The position numbers and the translations under genes were made by a program. The notes below the pieces were generated by a model. That model worked only from the letters and a program-made list of their open reading frames with translations, made no database searches and was not told the DNA's origin. From contig JAHJSM010000002.1 of the NCBI GenBank assembly GCA_018830295.1, positions 14,598 through 78,597 of the forward strand: a DNA stretch of 64,000 bases, read 5' to 3'. Source of the DNA: Patescibacteria group bacterium. GTDB lineage: Bacteria; Patescibacteriota; Minisyncoccia; Portnoybacterales; UBA2143. This document shows, piece after piece, positions 18,239-28,154 of the stretch (position 1 is the first letter of the stretch; every line of letters starts with the position of its first letter).

Positions 18239-18269
18239 GGGGGCAGCCCCCGTTGCGGGGGCTGCCCCC
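18239..18269. repeat. GC-rich paired palindrome (repeat family copy 4)
   Basis: GGGGGCAGCCCCC-GTTGC-GGGGGCTGCCCCC flanked by GAT/AT. Confidence 0.8.
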
Positions 18270-18289
18270 ATTAGATAATTAATAAAAAT

Positions 18290-19090
18290 ATGAAAAACTT
18301 TTGTAGGGAAGATTTTAAAAATTGCGGGCATAAGGTTTTATGCGCGCTGGCTGGTGTTTTGATTTTGTTTTTGGGGGTTTTGACTGTTTCGGCCGCGGTT
18401 GGGATTAGCAATAAAATCAAAGAAGGGAGATACATTGGGCAGGAAATAGAATCAAAAAATACGATTACTGTTTCGGGGCAGGCGGAGGTTTATGCCAAGC
18501 CGGATTTGGCTTTGGTTGTTTTTTCGGTTGTGACAGAAGCGAAAACGGTCGCGCAGGCGATGACGCAAAACACTTCTAAAATGAATGCGGTGATTGATTC
18601 TGCGAAGGGGATGGGCGTTGAGGAGAAGGATTTAAAAACAACATCTTTTAATATTTATCAGCGATATGAATATCGGACGAGCAGTCTTTATCCATCAGGG
18701 AATAGGGTTTTAGTTGGATATGAGGTTTCGCAGTCGCTTCAGGTCAAGATTAGGGATTTAGGGAAAATCGGGCAAATTATTGAAGGGGCAACTGACGCGG
18801 GGGCGAACCAGGTTGGAAATTTACAATTTACGATTGATGACCAAGACGCGCTAAAGGCGCAAGTAAGGGAAGAGGCGATTAAATCGGCGCGCGCGAAGGC
18901 GGAGAAAATAGCCGATGAACTTGGAGTGAGCTTAGTTCGTATTGTTGGGTTTAGCGAAAACTTGGCGGCGGTTCGTTATGATTACGCTTTGAAGGCGGAG
19001 GCCATGGGCGGAGGGGGAGAGGTTCCGCAGATAGAGACGGGGGAGAATAAGGTGGAGACGACGGTGAGTGTTGTTTATGAGATTAATTAA
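18290..19090 (+). CDS. SIMPL/DUF541-domain secreted protein
   Basis: N-terminal TM/signal; DUF541-like core (ITVSGQAEVYAKPDLALVVFSV...GYEVSQSLQVKIRDLGKIGQII). Confidence 0.6.
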   Translation: MKNFCREDFKNCGHKVLCALAGVLILFLGVLTVSAAVGISNKIKEGRYIGQEIESKNTITVSGQAEVYAKPDLALVVFSVVTEAKTVAQAMTQNTSKMNAVIDSAKGMGVEEKDLKTTSFNIYQRYEYRTSSLYPSGNRVLVGYEVSQSLQVKIRDLGKIGQIIEGATDAGANQVGNLQFTIDDQDALKAQVREEAIKSARAKAEKIADELGVSLVRIVGFSENLAAVRYDYALKAEAMGGGGEVPQIETGENKVETTVSVVYEIN

Positions 19091-20673
19091 TGAAAAAAAT
19101 TATTATCATTATTAGTATTATCATTATTTTGACTGGGGGGTATTTTGCTTATCAAGGTTTTTTTGGCGAGGGGGATTCCGCTTATGAAACAGTTGCTGTC
19201 GCGCGCGGAGAGATTATTCAGAATGTTTCGGCTACGGGGACGGTTGTGCCCGCGAAGCAGATTGATTTACAATTTGAAAATTCGGGAAAGATTAACAAGG
19301 TTGAAGTCGGGATTGGCGACAAGGTAGTCGCGGGGCAGGTTTTGGTTCGACTCAATGTCGCGGAATTAAGCGCTCAAATTCAGTCGTATTACGCCGCTTT
19401 GAATATCGCGCAGGCGAAGTTGGCGCAGATTTTAGCGGGCAACAGGGAAGAAGATATTCGAATTTACCAAACGGCCGTTTCGAATGCTGAAGTTGATATT
19501 GTCAATAAAGAACAGGCCTTGGACGATGTGGAAATTGACGCTGAGAATGATTTAGAAGAAGCATACGAGGACGCGTTGGATGCCGTAAAAACATCATACA
19601 CGAAAGCCGACAAGGCGCTTTTAATTACTTTTGCCGAAATAAAGGAAGAATATTTTAACGGCAACGACCAAATTGACTCTAATGTTAAGAGTTGGGAGCA
19701 AATTGCTAAAAATGATTTAAGTTCGGCAAAGACCTACAATAATATTGAGGCGGTTTTGGAAGAGATGAAATCGGCGTTGACTACGATTAGGGACGCTTTG
19801 GCATATTTGCGGCTGGCGATGAATGACGCAAGCGTTAAAAGTTCTGTTTCTTCAACGCATAAGACAAGCGTTGATACAGAGAGGACGAATATTGATACAG
19901 AAATAGTCGCTCTGACTGCGGCTGAACAGGGGATTAAGTCGGTCGCGATCACGAACCAAATAAACATTAATGCCGCGCGCGCCGATTTAGTGACGGCGGA
20001 GTCGGTTCTTCAAAAAGCCAAGGACGAATTGGCTTTGAAAAAAGCGGATCCTCGCCAGACCGATATTGATTTGGCAGAAGCGGAAATTAAACAGGCGAGA
20101 GCGAATATTTTGCAAATTCAGGAAAAAATAAATAAAAATATTTTAAGAGCGCCGACCGATGGAACTATTACCGCGCTCGCAAAAGAGGAAGGGGAGATAG
20201 CTGCGGCAAACTCAACGGTTGTCTCTATGATTAATTCGGGACGATTTCAAATTGAAGCGAATATTTCAGAAACGGAAATCGCCAAGGTTGATTTGGGCGA
20301 CAAAGTGGAAATGACATTGGACGCTTTGGGTCCTGCGGAAAAATTTGTCGGAGAGATTATTAAAATTGACCCGGCGGAAACAATTATTTCGGGCGTGATT
20401 TATTATAAAATTACTTCTGTTTTTGATGTAGAGGATGGAAGAATTAAGTCGGGGATGACGGTTAATCTTGATATTCAGACCGACAAAAAAGAGAATGTTC
20501 TTTATTTGCCGTATTATGTTGTTAAAGGTATAAACGGCGATAAATTTGTTAATCTTCTGAAAGATGGGGAAGTTGTTGAGCTAATTATCAAAACCGGTTT
20601 GGAAGGCGAGAATAGAATTGAAATTGTTGAGGGGCTGGAAGAGGGGGAAGAAGTGGTAATGGAGGCGCGATAA
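19090..20673 (+). CDS. HlyD-family periplasmic adaptor / membrane fusion protein (MacA-like)
   Basis: N-terminal TM; biotin-lipoyl-like GTVVPAKQIDLQFENSGKINKVEVGIGDKVVAGQVLVRLN; long coiled coil; C-terminal beta-barrel region. Confidence 0.7.
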   Translation: MKKIIIIISIIIILTGGYFAYQGFFGEGDSAYETVAVARGEIIQNVSATGTVVPAKQIDLQFENSGKINKVEVGIGDKVVAGQVLVRLNVAELSAQIQSYYAALNIAQAKLAQILAGNREEDIRIYQTAVSNAEVDIVNKEQALDDVEIDAENDLEEAYEDALDAVKTSYTKADKALLITFAEIKEEYFNGNDQIDSNVKSWEQIAKNDLSSAKTYNNIEAVLEEMKSALTTIRDALAYLRLAMNDASVKSSVSSTHKTSVDTERTNIDTEIVALTAAEQGIKSVAITNQININAARADLVTAESVLQKAKDELALKKADPRQTDIDLAEAEIKQARANILQIQEKINKNILRAPTDGTITALAKEEGEIAAANSTVVSMINSGRFQIEANISETEIAKVDLGDKVEMTLDALGPAEKFVGEIIKIDPAETIISGVIYYKITSVFDVEDGRIKSGMTVNLDIQTDKKENVLYLPYYVVKGINGDKFVNLLKDGEVVELIIKTGLEGENRIEIVEGLEEGEEVVMEAR

Positions 20674-20677
20674 AAAT

Positions 20678-21394
20678 ATGCTGATTCAACTTGAGAATGT
20701 GGTTAAAAATTATGTGGACGATGAATTGGTGACCCCGGCTTTGCGCGGGGTTTCTTTTGAGATTAAAGAAGGCGCGTTTGTCGCGGTGACAGGCTCTTCG
20801 GGTTCAGGCAAATCAACTTTGATGCATATTATCGGTTTTTTGGATAAGTTGACGAGCGGAGAATATTTTTTTGACGGGGAAAATGCGAGCCATTTTGATG
20901 ACGATAAATTGGCTGAAATTAGAAATCAAAAAGTTGGTTTTGTTTTTCAATCGTATAATCTTTTGCCGCGGACTTCTGTTTTAGACAATGTTTTATTGCC
21001 GACTATTTATACGCCGCGATTAGATAAAAAAGAGACCGAAAACAGGGCGCGCTATCTTTTAGAAAAAGTGGGTCTTTCTCATCGCGTCAATCATCGTCCG
21101 AATCAACTTTCGGGTGGGGAACAGCAAAGGGTGGCGATTGTTCGCGCGTTAATTAACCGTCCGCGACTGATTCTTGCCGACGAGCCGACGGGAAATTTGG
21201 ATAGCAAATCAGGACAGGAAGTAATGGAAGTTTTACAGGATTTGAATGAAGAGGGGCACACGATTTTAATGGTAACCCATGAAAAATATGTCGCTGAATG
21301 CGCGAAAAGAATTATAGATTTGAAGGATGGCAGAGTTCTCACCGACACAAAAGTGAACGAAAGACATATCGCGAAGAATGGGATAGAGAAATAA
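20678..21394 (+). CDS. ABC transporter ATP-binding protein (MacB/LolD-like)
   Basis: Walker A GSSGSGKST, signature LSGGEQQRVAIVRAL, Walker B ILADEPTGNLD. Confidence 0.85.
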   Translation: MLIQLENVVKNYVDDELVTPALRGVSFEIKEGAFVAVTGSSGSGKSTLMHIIGFLDKLTSGEYFFDGENASHFDDDKLAEIRNQKVGFVFQSYNLLPRTSVLDNVLLPTIYTPRLDKKETENRARYLLEKVGLSHRVNHRPNQLSGGEQQRVAIVRALINRPRLILADEPTGNLDSKSGQEVMEVLQDLNEEGHTILMVTHEKYVAECAKRIIDLKDGRVLTDTKVNERHIAKNGIEK

Positions 21395-21395
21395 C

Positions 21396-22628
21396 ATGTA
21401 TTTCTTTAATGTTCTAAAACTTACTTTTCAGAATCTGCTCTTGAGAAAGAGCCGTTCTTTTTTGACGATGCTGGGCATTATTATCGGAGTTGCCGCTGTT
21501 ATTTCAATTATGGCGGTGGGGGCGAGCGCGCAGGACTTGCTTTTGGCGCAGGTAAGGGCGATGGGGAGTGATTTAATCGGTGTTCTACCAGGCATGTCCG
21601 AAGAAGGCGGACCGCCGGCGGCTGTGTTTGGGATTGAAATAACAACTCTCACTTATGAAGACGCTTTGGCGATTGAAGAGTTGCCGCGCGTAGTTGCCGC
21701 TTGCTCTTATGTTAAAGGGCGAGGGACAATGAGTTTTCTAAATGAAATACACGATTTTGATTATACGGGTATTTCTTCTAATTATTTAGAAGTTGAAGAT
21801 ACTTCTATCGCGCAAGGGCGGTTTATTAAACAGGATGAAGTTAACGGCTTGGCGAGAGTCGCGGTTTTAGGGAGCCGGGTCAAAGAAGAATTGTTTGGCG
21901 AGGACAATCCGATTGACCAAAGGATTAAAATCAATCAGGTTAGTTTTAGAGTCATCGGGGTGATGAAAGAAAGAGGAACGGCGGCTTTTCAAAATCAAGA
22001 CGAACAGGTCTTTGTCCCTGTCAAAACGGCTCAAAAAATACTTTTAGGGATTGACCATGTTGCCCTTATCCGCGCCAAGGTTTCTGGGGCGGATAATATT
22101 GATTTGGTTATTTCTCAAGTTGAAAATATTCTTCGTTTCCGCCATCACATTAAAGACCCGCTTAAAGATGACTTTACTGTTATGAACGCCGCGCAAGCCC
22201 TTGATATTTTAGGCGCGATCACGCAGGCGCTTAAAATGTTTTTGGCGATGGTGGCGGCGATTTCCTTGATTGTCGGCGGGATTGGGATTATGAACATTAT
22301 GTTTGTGGTCGTGAATGAAAGGACAAGGGAAATTGGTTTGCGCAAAGCGTTGGGCGCTAAAAGAAAAAGCATCCTTTTTCAATTTTTAATAGAAAGCGCG
22401 ACAATGACATTGCTTGGCGGGGTGATTGGAATTGTTTTAGGAATTTTAATCGCTTATACTGTGACTGTCGGCGTGAATTATTTTGGATATGATTGGAAAT
22501 TTATTGTTACGCCTCTTTCAGTTTTTGTTTCTTCTTTTATGGCCGTGAGTATTGGTTTAATCTTCGGTTTATGGCCGGCCAATCGCGCTTCTAAATTAAA
22601 TCCGATTCAGGCGTTGAGATATGAATAA
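21396..22628 (+). CDS. ABC transporter permease, FtsX/MacB-type
   Basis: N-terminal TM, large periplasmic domain, C-terminal 3-TM FtsX-like region (GIGIMNIM...REIGLRKALGA). Confidence 0.75.
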   Translation: MYFFNVLKLTFQNLLLRKSRSFLTMLGIIIGVAAVISIMAVGASAQDLLLAQVRAMGSDLIGVLPGMSEEGGPPAAVFGIEITTLTYEDALAIEELPRVVAACSYVKGRGTMSFLNEIHDFDYTGISSNYLEVEDTSIAQGRFIKQDEVNGLARVAVLGSRVKEELFGEDNPIDQRIKINQVSFRVIGVMKERGTAAFQNQDEQVFVPVKTAQKILLGIDHVALIRAKVSGADNIDLVISQVENILRFRHHIKDPLKDDFTVMNAAQALDILGAITQALKMFLAMVAAISLIVGGIGIMNIMFVVVNERTREIGLRKALGAKRKSILFQFLIESATMTLLGGVIGIVLGILIAYTVTVGVNYFGYDWKFIVTPLSVFVSSFMAVSIGLIFGLWPANRASKLNPIQALRYE

Positions 22629-22638
22629 GGGATGAAAT

Positions 22639-23898
22639 ATGAATTTAACTGTCGCGGCTAAACAATCGGTGATTGCTTTGAGGGCGAATAAATTGCGCAG
22701 TATTTTTTCTATTTTGGGGATTGTTATTGGCGTGGCGGCGGTCGTAATTATTCTTTCTTTGGGACAAGGGTTGAAGGGGCTGGTGACAGGCGAGGTTGAG
22801 GCGTTCGGGCCAAATATGATTGATATCGCGGTTAAGATTCCTGGCGCGGGTCAAGTTGGAAGCGTTATCTCAATGGCGCAAGGGATTAAAATAACCACAC
22901 TTAAAACAAAAGATATTAAGGCGTTAGAGGATAAACAAAAATTTCCATATATTGAAGCGGTGACGGGACAAGCGTTCGGGCAGGAGTGGGCGAATTACAA
23001 AGACAAGGAAAAGAAAACAATTGTTTATGGCTGCAACGCCGATTTTCCCTTGGTCATGAAAACGGCTCAAACTAAACAGGGGAGGTTTTTTACGGAGAGC
23101 GAGGACGAGAGTTTAGCGAAGGTTGTTGTTTTAGGAAGCGGTTTGGCTGAAACATTTTTTGGGCAAAGCGAACCGATTGGGGAGAAAATAAAAATCAAGG
23201 GACAGAATTTTAAAGTTGTCGGCGTTTTGGAAGAGCAGAATATAATTTCTGTCGGCGGGATTGATATGAATGATTTCGCCTATATCCCAGTAGAAACAGC
23301 CCTGAAAGAGGTTTTGGGGATTAACTATCTGTCAGAAATAATATTAACCGTTACGGACGCGAGCTATCTCACCCGGGCAATTCCAGAAATTTCTCAAATG
23401 TTGAGGCGCAACCACAATATTAAAGACCCCGAAAAGGACGATTTTCAAATTACGACTATGGAGGAAATTTTGGATCAAATTAACGACATGATGGTTATTT
23501 TAAATTTGCTTTTGGGATTTTTAGCAGCGATTTCTTTGTTGGTTGGCGGAATTGGAATTATGAATATTATGCTTGTCTCTGTCTCTGAACGAACGCATGA
23601 GATTGGATTGCGCAAGTCGCTGGGGGCGAGTAGGCGAGATATTCTTTGGCAATTTTTAATTGAGAGTTTGACAGTGACTGGTTTGGGCGGATTAATTGGG
23701 ATTTTGTTTGGCATCGGCGTGTCTTTAATCAGCGCTGTTGGCGCGCGGGCTTACGGACTATCTTGGCCTTTGACGGTTTCTTGGTTGGCGATTATAATTG
23801 CTTTTTTTGTGTCTATGATGATTGGTTTGGTTTTTGGGATTTACCCCGCTCAAAAAGCGGCGCGATTAAGTCCGATTGAGGCGATGAGGAAAGAGTAA
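22639..23898 (+). CDS. ABC transporter permease, FtsX/MacB-type (second paralogue)
   Basis: same architecture (GIGIMNIMLVSVSERTHEIGLRKSLGA). Confidence 0.75.
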   Translation: MNLTVAAKQSVIALRANKLRSIFSILGIVIGVAAVVIILSLGQGLKGLVTGEVEAFGPNMIDIAVKIPGAGQVGSVISMAQGIKITTLKTKDIKALEDKQKFPYIEAVTGQAFGQEWANYKDKEKKTIVYGCNADFPLVMKTAQTKQGRFFTESEDESLAKVVVLGSGLAETFFGQSEPIGEKIKIKGQNFKVVGVLEEQNIISVGGIDMNDFAYIPVETALKEVLGINYLSEIILTVTDASYLTRAIPEISQMLRRNHNIKDPEKDDFQITTMEEILDQINDMMVILNLLLGFLAAISLLVGGIGIMNIMLVSVSERTHEIGLRKSLGASRRDILWQFLIESLTVTGLGGLIGILFGIGVSLISAVGARAYGLSWPLTVSWLAIIIAFFVSMMIGLVFGIYPAQKAARLSPIEAMRKE

Positions 23899-23900
23899 TT

Positions 23901-24488
23901 ATGAATCAAGTGACTAAACAACTTAAAAAAATAAAAGACGAGGTAGTAAAGTGCAAGAAATGCGCGCTTTGCAAGACGCGGATTTTACCCGTGGTTGGGC
24001 AGGGGAGCCATAAGGCAAAAGCAGTTTTTGTGGGCGAAGCGCCTGGGGCGAATGAGGATAAAACGGGTCTTCCTTTTTGTGGGAATTCGGGCAAGATTTT
24101 GGATGAACTTTTTGTTTCAATCGGATACAAAAGAGAAGACGCTTACATTTGCAACATTCTTAAATGCCGTCCGCCCAGTAATCGCGACCCTTTGCCAGCA
24201 GAGAAGGCGGCTTGCGTTCCTTATTTAATCAAGCAGATAGAGGCGATTAAACCAAAAGTGATTTGTCCAATGGGCAATCATGCGGCTTCGTTTCTTTTGG
24301 CGGAATTTGGGCTTGCGGATGAAGTCGCGGGCATTAGTAAAATGCACGGAAAAATTTTTGAAGTGAAAACGAGTTTTGGCAAAATTAAAATTATTCCTCT
24401 CTATCATCCCGCGGTATCGGTTTACAACGCTAATACGAAGGATGTTTTGAAAAAGGACTTTGGGATTTTGAAGAAGTTTTTAAAGTAG
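23901..24488 (+). CDS. uracil-DNA glycosylase, family 4 (Fe-S)
   Basis: CKKCALCKTR...VFVGEAPGANEDKTGLPFCGNSGKILD matches the UDG family 4 signature. Confidence 0.8.
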   Translation: MNQVTKQLKKIKDEVVKCKKCALCKTRILPVVGQGSHKAKAVFVGEAPGANEDKTGLPFCGNSGKILDELFVSIGYKREDAYICNILKCRPPSNRDPLPAEKAACVPYLIKQIEAIKPKVICPMGNHAASFLLAEFGLADEVAGISKMHGKIFEVKTSFGKIKIIPLYHPAVSVYNANTKDVLKKDFGILKKFLK

Positions 24489-24496
24489 CCAGTAAA

Positions 24497-24526
24497 TGGG
24501 GACTGTCCCCAAGAGGGGACAGTCCC
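24497..24526. repeat. GC-rich paired palindrome variant GGGGACTGTCCCC-AAGA-GGGGACAGTCCCC (repeat family copy 5)
   Basis: perfect inverted arms between UDG stop and mnmA start. Confidence 0.8.
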
Positions 24527-24536
24527 CATTTTAAAA

Positions 24537-25586
24537 ATGAATATTGATAGTAAGAAAACTGTTTTAGTCGGACTATCTGGGGGAGTTGATTCTTCGGTTG
24601 CTTTGGCGATTTTAAAAAAGCAGGGGCTCAAGCCGATTGGGGTTTCTTTTAGACATTCCGTTTGTTCGGAAAATAATTTTGCGATTGCCAAAAAAATTTG
24701 CCAAAAACTTAAAGTTCCATATCATATTATTGACGCGCGGCTTGATTTTAACGAAAAAGTAATTGGCTATTTTCTGTCCGAGTTGAAAGATAACAGGACG
24801 CCCAGTCCTTGTTTAATTTGCAATCGGTTTGTTAAATTTCAGGGCTTGTTTGATTTCGCACGAGCAGAGGGGATTGAATATGTAGCCACGGGGCATTATG
24901 CGCGGATTAAAAAAAATGAAAAGACGGGAGAGTATGAATTATTAAAAGGGGTTGATAAGATGAAAGACCAAAGTTATTTTCTTTCCCTTTTGGAGCAGGA
25001 GCAGTTGGGGAAGATAATTTTTCCTCTAGGGGAATACACTAAAAAAGAGGTTTATCAGATAGCCGCGCAAGAGGGCTTTAAATTTTTTTCTGAAATCAAA
25101 CAAAGCCAAGATTTATGTTTTGTGGGCAAAAAAGCTTTACCCTTTTATTTGGATGAAAAATTAGGCGTTCAACCAGGCGATATTGTTGATAAAAAGGGGA
25201 ATGTTCTGGGGCGACATAAGGGATTGTTTCATTATACGATTGGGCAACGAAAAGGGATTAATGTTTCGGGTGGTCCTTGGCGGGTGGTTGATTTGGATAA
25301 AAAGAAGAATCGGATTATAATAACTAATAAAGAAAACGACCCGGCGCTTTTCCGCAAAACAATTTCTCTTGCTCGATGTCATTTTATTTCCGGCGTTAAG
25401 CCAAAAGGGGAAATAAAGGTTATGGCGAAAATCAGATTTAACCAAAAGGCGTCGCGCGCGAGATTAAGCGTTGTCGGGAACAAAGCGAAATTGATTTTTG
25501 AAAAACCGCAAAAAGCGGCGACACCGGGACAGTTCGCGGTTTTTTATAAAGGGAATGTTTGTTTAGGTGGTGGAGCGATTTGTTAA
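24537..25586 (+). CDS. mnmA: tRNA-specific 2-thiouridylase MnmA
   Basis: PP-loop SGGVDSSV; family-typical length (349 aa) and C-terminal region. Confidence 0.85.
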   Translation: MNIDSKKTVLVGLSGGVDSSVALAILKKQGLKPIGVSFRHSVCSENNFAIAKKICQKLKVPYHIIDARLDFNEKVIGYFLSELKDNRTPSPCLICNRFVKFQGLFDFARAEGIEYVATGHYARIKKNEKTGEYELLKGVDKMKDQSYFLSLLEQEQLGKIIFPLGEYTKKEVYQIAAQEGFKFFSEIKQSQDLCFVGKKALPFYLDEKLGVQPGDIVDKKGNVLGRHKGLFHYTIGQRKGINVSGGPWRVVDLDKKKNRIIITNKENDPALFRKTISLARCHFISGVKPKGEIKVMAKIRFNQKASRARLSVVGNKAKLIFEKPQKAATPGQFAVFYKGNVCLGGGAIC

Positions 25587-25613
25587 GACCTCGGAGGTCT
25601 AACATCAAGAAAT

Positions 25614-25718
25614 ATGGTTAAAAAAGAAAAAAATTACGCTTTTATAGATAACCAGAATTTGAATTTAGGGATACAGAGTTTGGGCTGGAAATTGGACTAT
25701 AAAAAGAAAAAACACCGC
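25614..25718 (+). pseudogene. 34-codon remnant resembling the N-terminus of an NYN/LabA-like domain protein
   Basis: MVKKEKNYAFIDNQNLNLGIQSLGWKLDYKKKKHR resembles the NYN N-terminal block (..AFIDGxNL..) but terminates after 34 codons. Confidence 0.25.
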
Positions 25719-25810
25719 TAAAGGACGGAACCAGTAGAGGTGTTTTTTATGTGTATTCTATTTCAAATATAACAAAGAGAAAACTGCTTGTCAATAGTAG
25801 ATCAAAAACA

Positions 25811-25833
25811 ATTCGGCTATCCGAAAGCCGAAT
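25811..25833 (+). repeat. hairpin ATTCGGCT-ATCCGAA-AGCCGAAT (TTCGGCT/AGCCGAA family)
   Basis: 8-bp perfect stem; related copies at 2782, 8034 and 17508. Confidence 0.6.
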
Positions 25834-25921
25834 AGGGTGTTTTTCAAAGGTCGGGACTTGGCGGGAGGCGGAGGTTTGTTGGTAGGTTTAGACGGGCGAT
25901 GAATAAGAGAATGTTGAATTT

Positions 25922-27115
25922 ATGAAAAAGATTCTAATTTTTGTTTTAATTTTGTTTGGGGTTTTGGGGATGGGTGGTTTTGCGTTGGCTGATGAGAGCG
26001 CGAAGGCGGTTGATTTGTATTTTTTTTATGGGGAGACATGCCCGCATTGCAAGAAGGCGGAAGTTTTTTTGGAGGGGGTAGCGGTGGATTATCCGGGGCT
26101 TGAGATTCATTCTTATGAGGTTTTTGGGGATAAGGGGAACGCTCAATTATTGGTTGAATTTCTTAAGTCGTGCGGCAAGGAGGCGACTGTGAGAGTGCCG
26201 GCTATTTTTATCGGCGAGGAGGTAATGATTGGTTATTTGAGCGATGAAACGACGGGCGGGAAGATTTTGAGGGCGGTTGAAAATTGTTCGGCGCAGGGGT
26301 GTTCTGACCTAATGGAAAAAGTGGATAGAGAAAAATGTTCCGTTCAGGTCAGCGCGGAAGAGCAAATTATTGATTATCCTTTTATCGGGAAATTAAATCT
26401 TTCTAAATTGTCTTTGCCTGTCTTAACGATCGCGCTTGCCGCGATTGATGGATTTAATCCTTGCGCGATGTGGGTTTTGCTTTTTCTTTTAGCTTTACTG
26501 ATTAGCGTTCGTTCGCGGAAAAGAATGATTTGGATTGGCGGCGCGTTTATTCTCGCTTCGGGCGTTGTTTATTATCTTCTTTTGTCCGCTTGGCTAAATT
26601 TATTTTTGGCGATTAGTTATGTTAATTTAATTAGGACGATTATTGGGGTTTTGGCTTTGGGGGCGGGGGTTTGGCAAATTAAACATTTTATTACCTTTAA
26701 GCCGGGCGTTTGCGAGATCGCGCCCATTGGAAGCAAGTGGAACGAAAAAATCACCCAAAAAGCAAATCAGGTGGTTAATTCAACTGCTTTGCCAGCCGCG
26801 TTTTTAGGAATAGTCGTTTTGGCGTTTGGGGTGAATTTAGTTGAGTTTTTTTGTTCAGCTGGATTGCCCGCGATTTATACGCAGGTCTTGTCTTTGAATA
26901 ATTTAAGTTCAGTAAATTATTATCTATATCTCTTGCTTTATACTTTTGTCTTTATGCTTGACGATGTTATTATTTTTACAATCGCGGCCGTCACTTTAAG
27001 CAAACTTGGCTTTACGGATAAGTACGCGAAATACAGCGCTCTAATCGGAGGGCTTGTTATTTTCGCCATGGGGCTTTTGCTGATTTTCAAGCCGGACTTT
27101 TTAATGTTTGGGTAA
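25922..27115 (+). CDS. thioredoxin-fold domain fused to CcdA/DsbD-like transmembrane thiol-disulfide transporter
   Basis: signal/TM, thioredoxin motif TCPHC, then multi-TM region with conserved Cys in NPCAMW and FFCSAGLP as in CcdA/DsbD-beta. Confidence 0.6.
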   Translation: MKKILIFVLILFGVLGMGGFALADESAKAVDLYFFYGETCPHCKKAEVFLEGVAVDYPGLEIHSYEVFGDKGNAQLLVEFLKSCGKEATVRVPAIFIGEEVMIGYLSDETTGGKILRAVENCSAQGCSDLMEKVDREKCSVQVSAEEQIIDYPFIGKLNLSKLSLPVLTIALAAIDGFNPCAMWVLLFLLALLISVRSRKRMIWIGGAFILASGVVYYLLLSAWLNLFLAISYVNLIRTIIGVLALGAGVWQIKHFITFKPGVCEIAPIGSKWNEKITQKANQVVNSTALPAAFLGIVVLAFGVNLVEFFCSAGLPAIYTQVLSLNNLSSVNYYLYLLLYTFVFMLDDVIIFTIAAVTLSKLGFTDKYAKYSALIGGLVIFAMGLLLIFKPDFLMFG

Positions 27116-27285
27116 ACGCTTGACTTGTTTTTGTCTTTCGTGTAATATCTTTTCGGGAGGAGCGATTAATAACTTCAATTTGGTTTTTTTTGTTACATAT
27201 AAATGACACCCTGCTCCTCCCGACCACCTTCGCAAAGCGGAGGTTTTTTATTTGGGAAATTTGGTTTTTGTGATACAATAAAAAT

Positions 27286-28050
27286 ATGAAAAATATTAAT
27301 GAAATTACTAAGGAGGAGTTGGGGGAGTTGAAGGTTGTTGTTTTTGATATTGACGGGGTTGTTGTTCCAGTGGGGACGGAGTTGAGGGAGAATCAGGACG
27401 GGACGGAGTTGTTAATGAAATCAAAACAATTGTCGCGGGAGTTTATTGAGAATTTAAAAAAATTGAAGAAGTATTTGAAAATTGGTTTTTCTTCGGGGAG
27501 GAATATTCTTTATTTGAAAAGTTTAACGAATGAGATTTTTGATAATCGGGTTATTTTACAAGCGGAGAATGGAAATATTACATTTTTAGAGAATAAGATT
27601 GTTCATCCAGTTTATCCCGATGAATACTTTGGCAAATTGCGGGATATTAAGGAGAAGATAAAGGAGATAATGGCGGGGGATACGAGAATTAGAGGGTTTG
27701 AACCAAAACTTTTTATTCTGACGGTTCATTGCGATAAGATAGAGGAAATACCTGCTTTAGTTAAGAAGATGGGCGGAGATGATTTGTATTGCCTTTGGAC
27801 AAATGAGGGATACGATATTGGAAGCAAAGAAATGTCAAAGGGCGTGGCGATTGCCAGTTTGGCAGAGCAACTTGGAGTCGGACCGAAGCAGATTATGACG
27901 ACGGGGAATAATTACAACGACGCGGAGATGTTAAAGATAGGCAAAGGCGTTTCGGTTCTTCCGGAAAGAGTTGAGGGCGAGTATTTTATTAAAGGAGAAA
28001 AATTGGGCGGAGAGTTGCTGGCGGAGTTTCTGCTGGAGTATTTTGAGTAA
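27286..28050 (+). CDS. HAD-superfamily hydrolase (Cof/YedP/MPGP-like phosphatase)
   Basis: motif I FDIDGVV; C-terminal TTGNNYNDAEM (GDxxND motif IV). Confidence 0.6.
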   Translation: MKNINEITKEELGELKVVVFDIDGVVVPVGTELRENQDGTELLMKSKQLSREFIENLKKLKKYLKIGFSSGRNILYLKSLTNEIFDNRVILQAENGNITFLENKIVHPVYPDEYFGKLRDIKEKIKEIMAGDTRIRGFEPKLFILTVHCDKIEEIPALVKKMGGDDLYCLWTNEGYDIGSKEMSKGVAIASLAEQLGVGPKQIMTTGNNYNDAEMLKIGKGVSVLPERVEGEYFIKGEKLGGELLAEFLLEYFE

Positions 28051-28057
28051 CTAAGAC

Positions 28058-28090
28058 GGGGGCAGCCCCCGAGGACGGGGGACTGCCCCC
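28058..28090. repeat. GC-rich paired palindrome GGGGGCAGCCCCC-GAGGAC-GGGGGACTGCCCCC (repeat family copy 6)
   Basis: near-perfect inverted arms after HAD gene stop; additional single arm GGGGACTGTCCCC at 28142-28154 abutting the trpS stop. Confidence 0.75.
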
Positions 28091-28154
28091 TTGGGACTTT
28101 TTTAATATTTCAACCAGAAAAGGTCTAACCTTTTAGAAAAACGGGGACTGTCCC

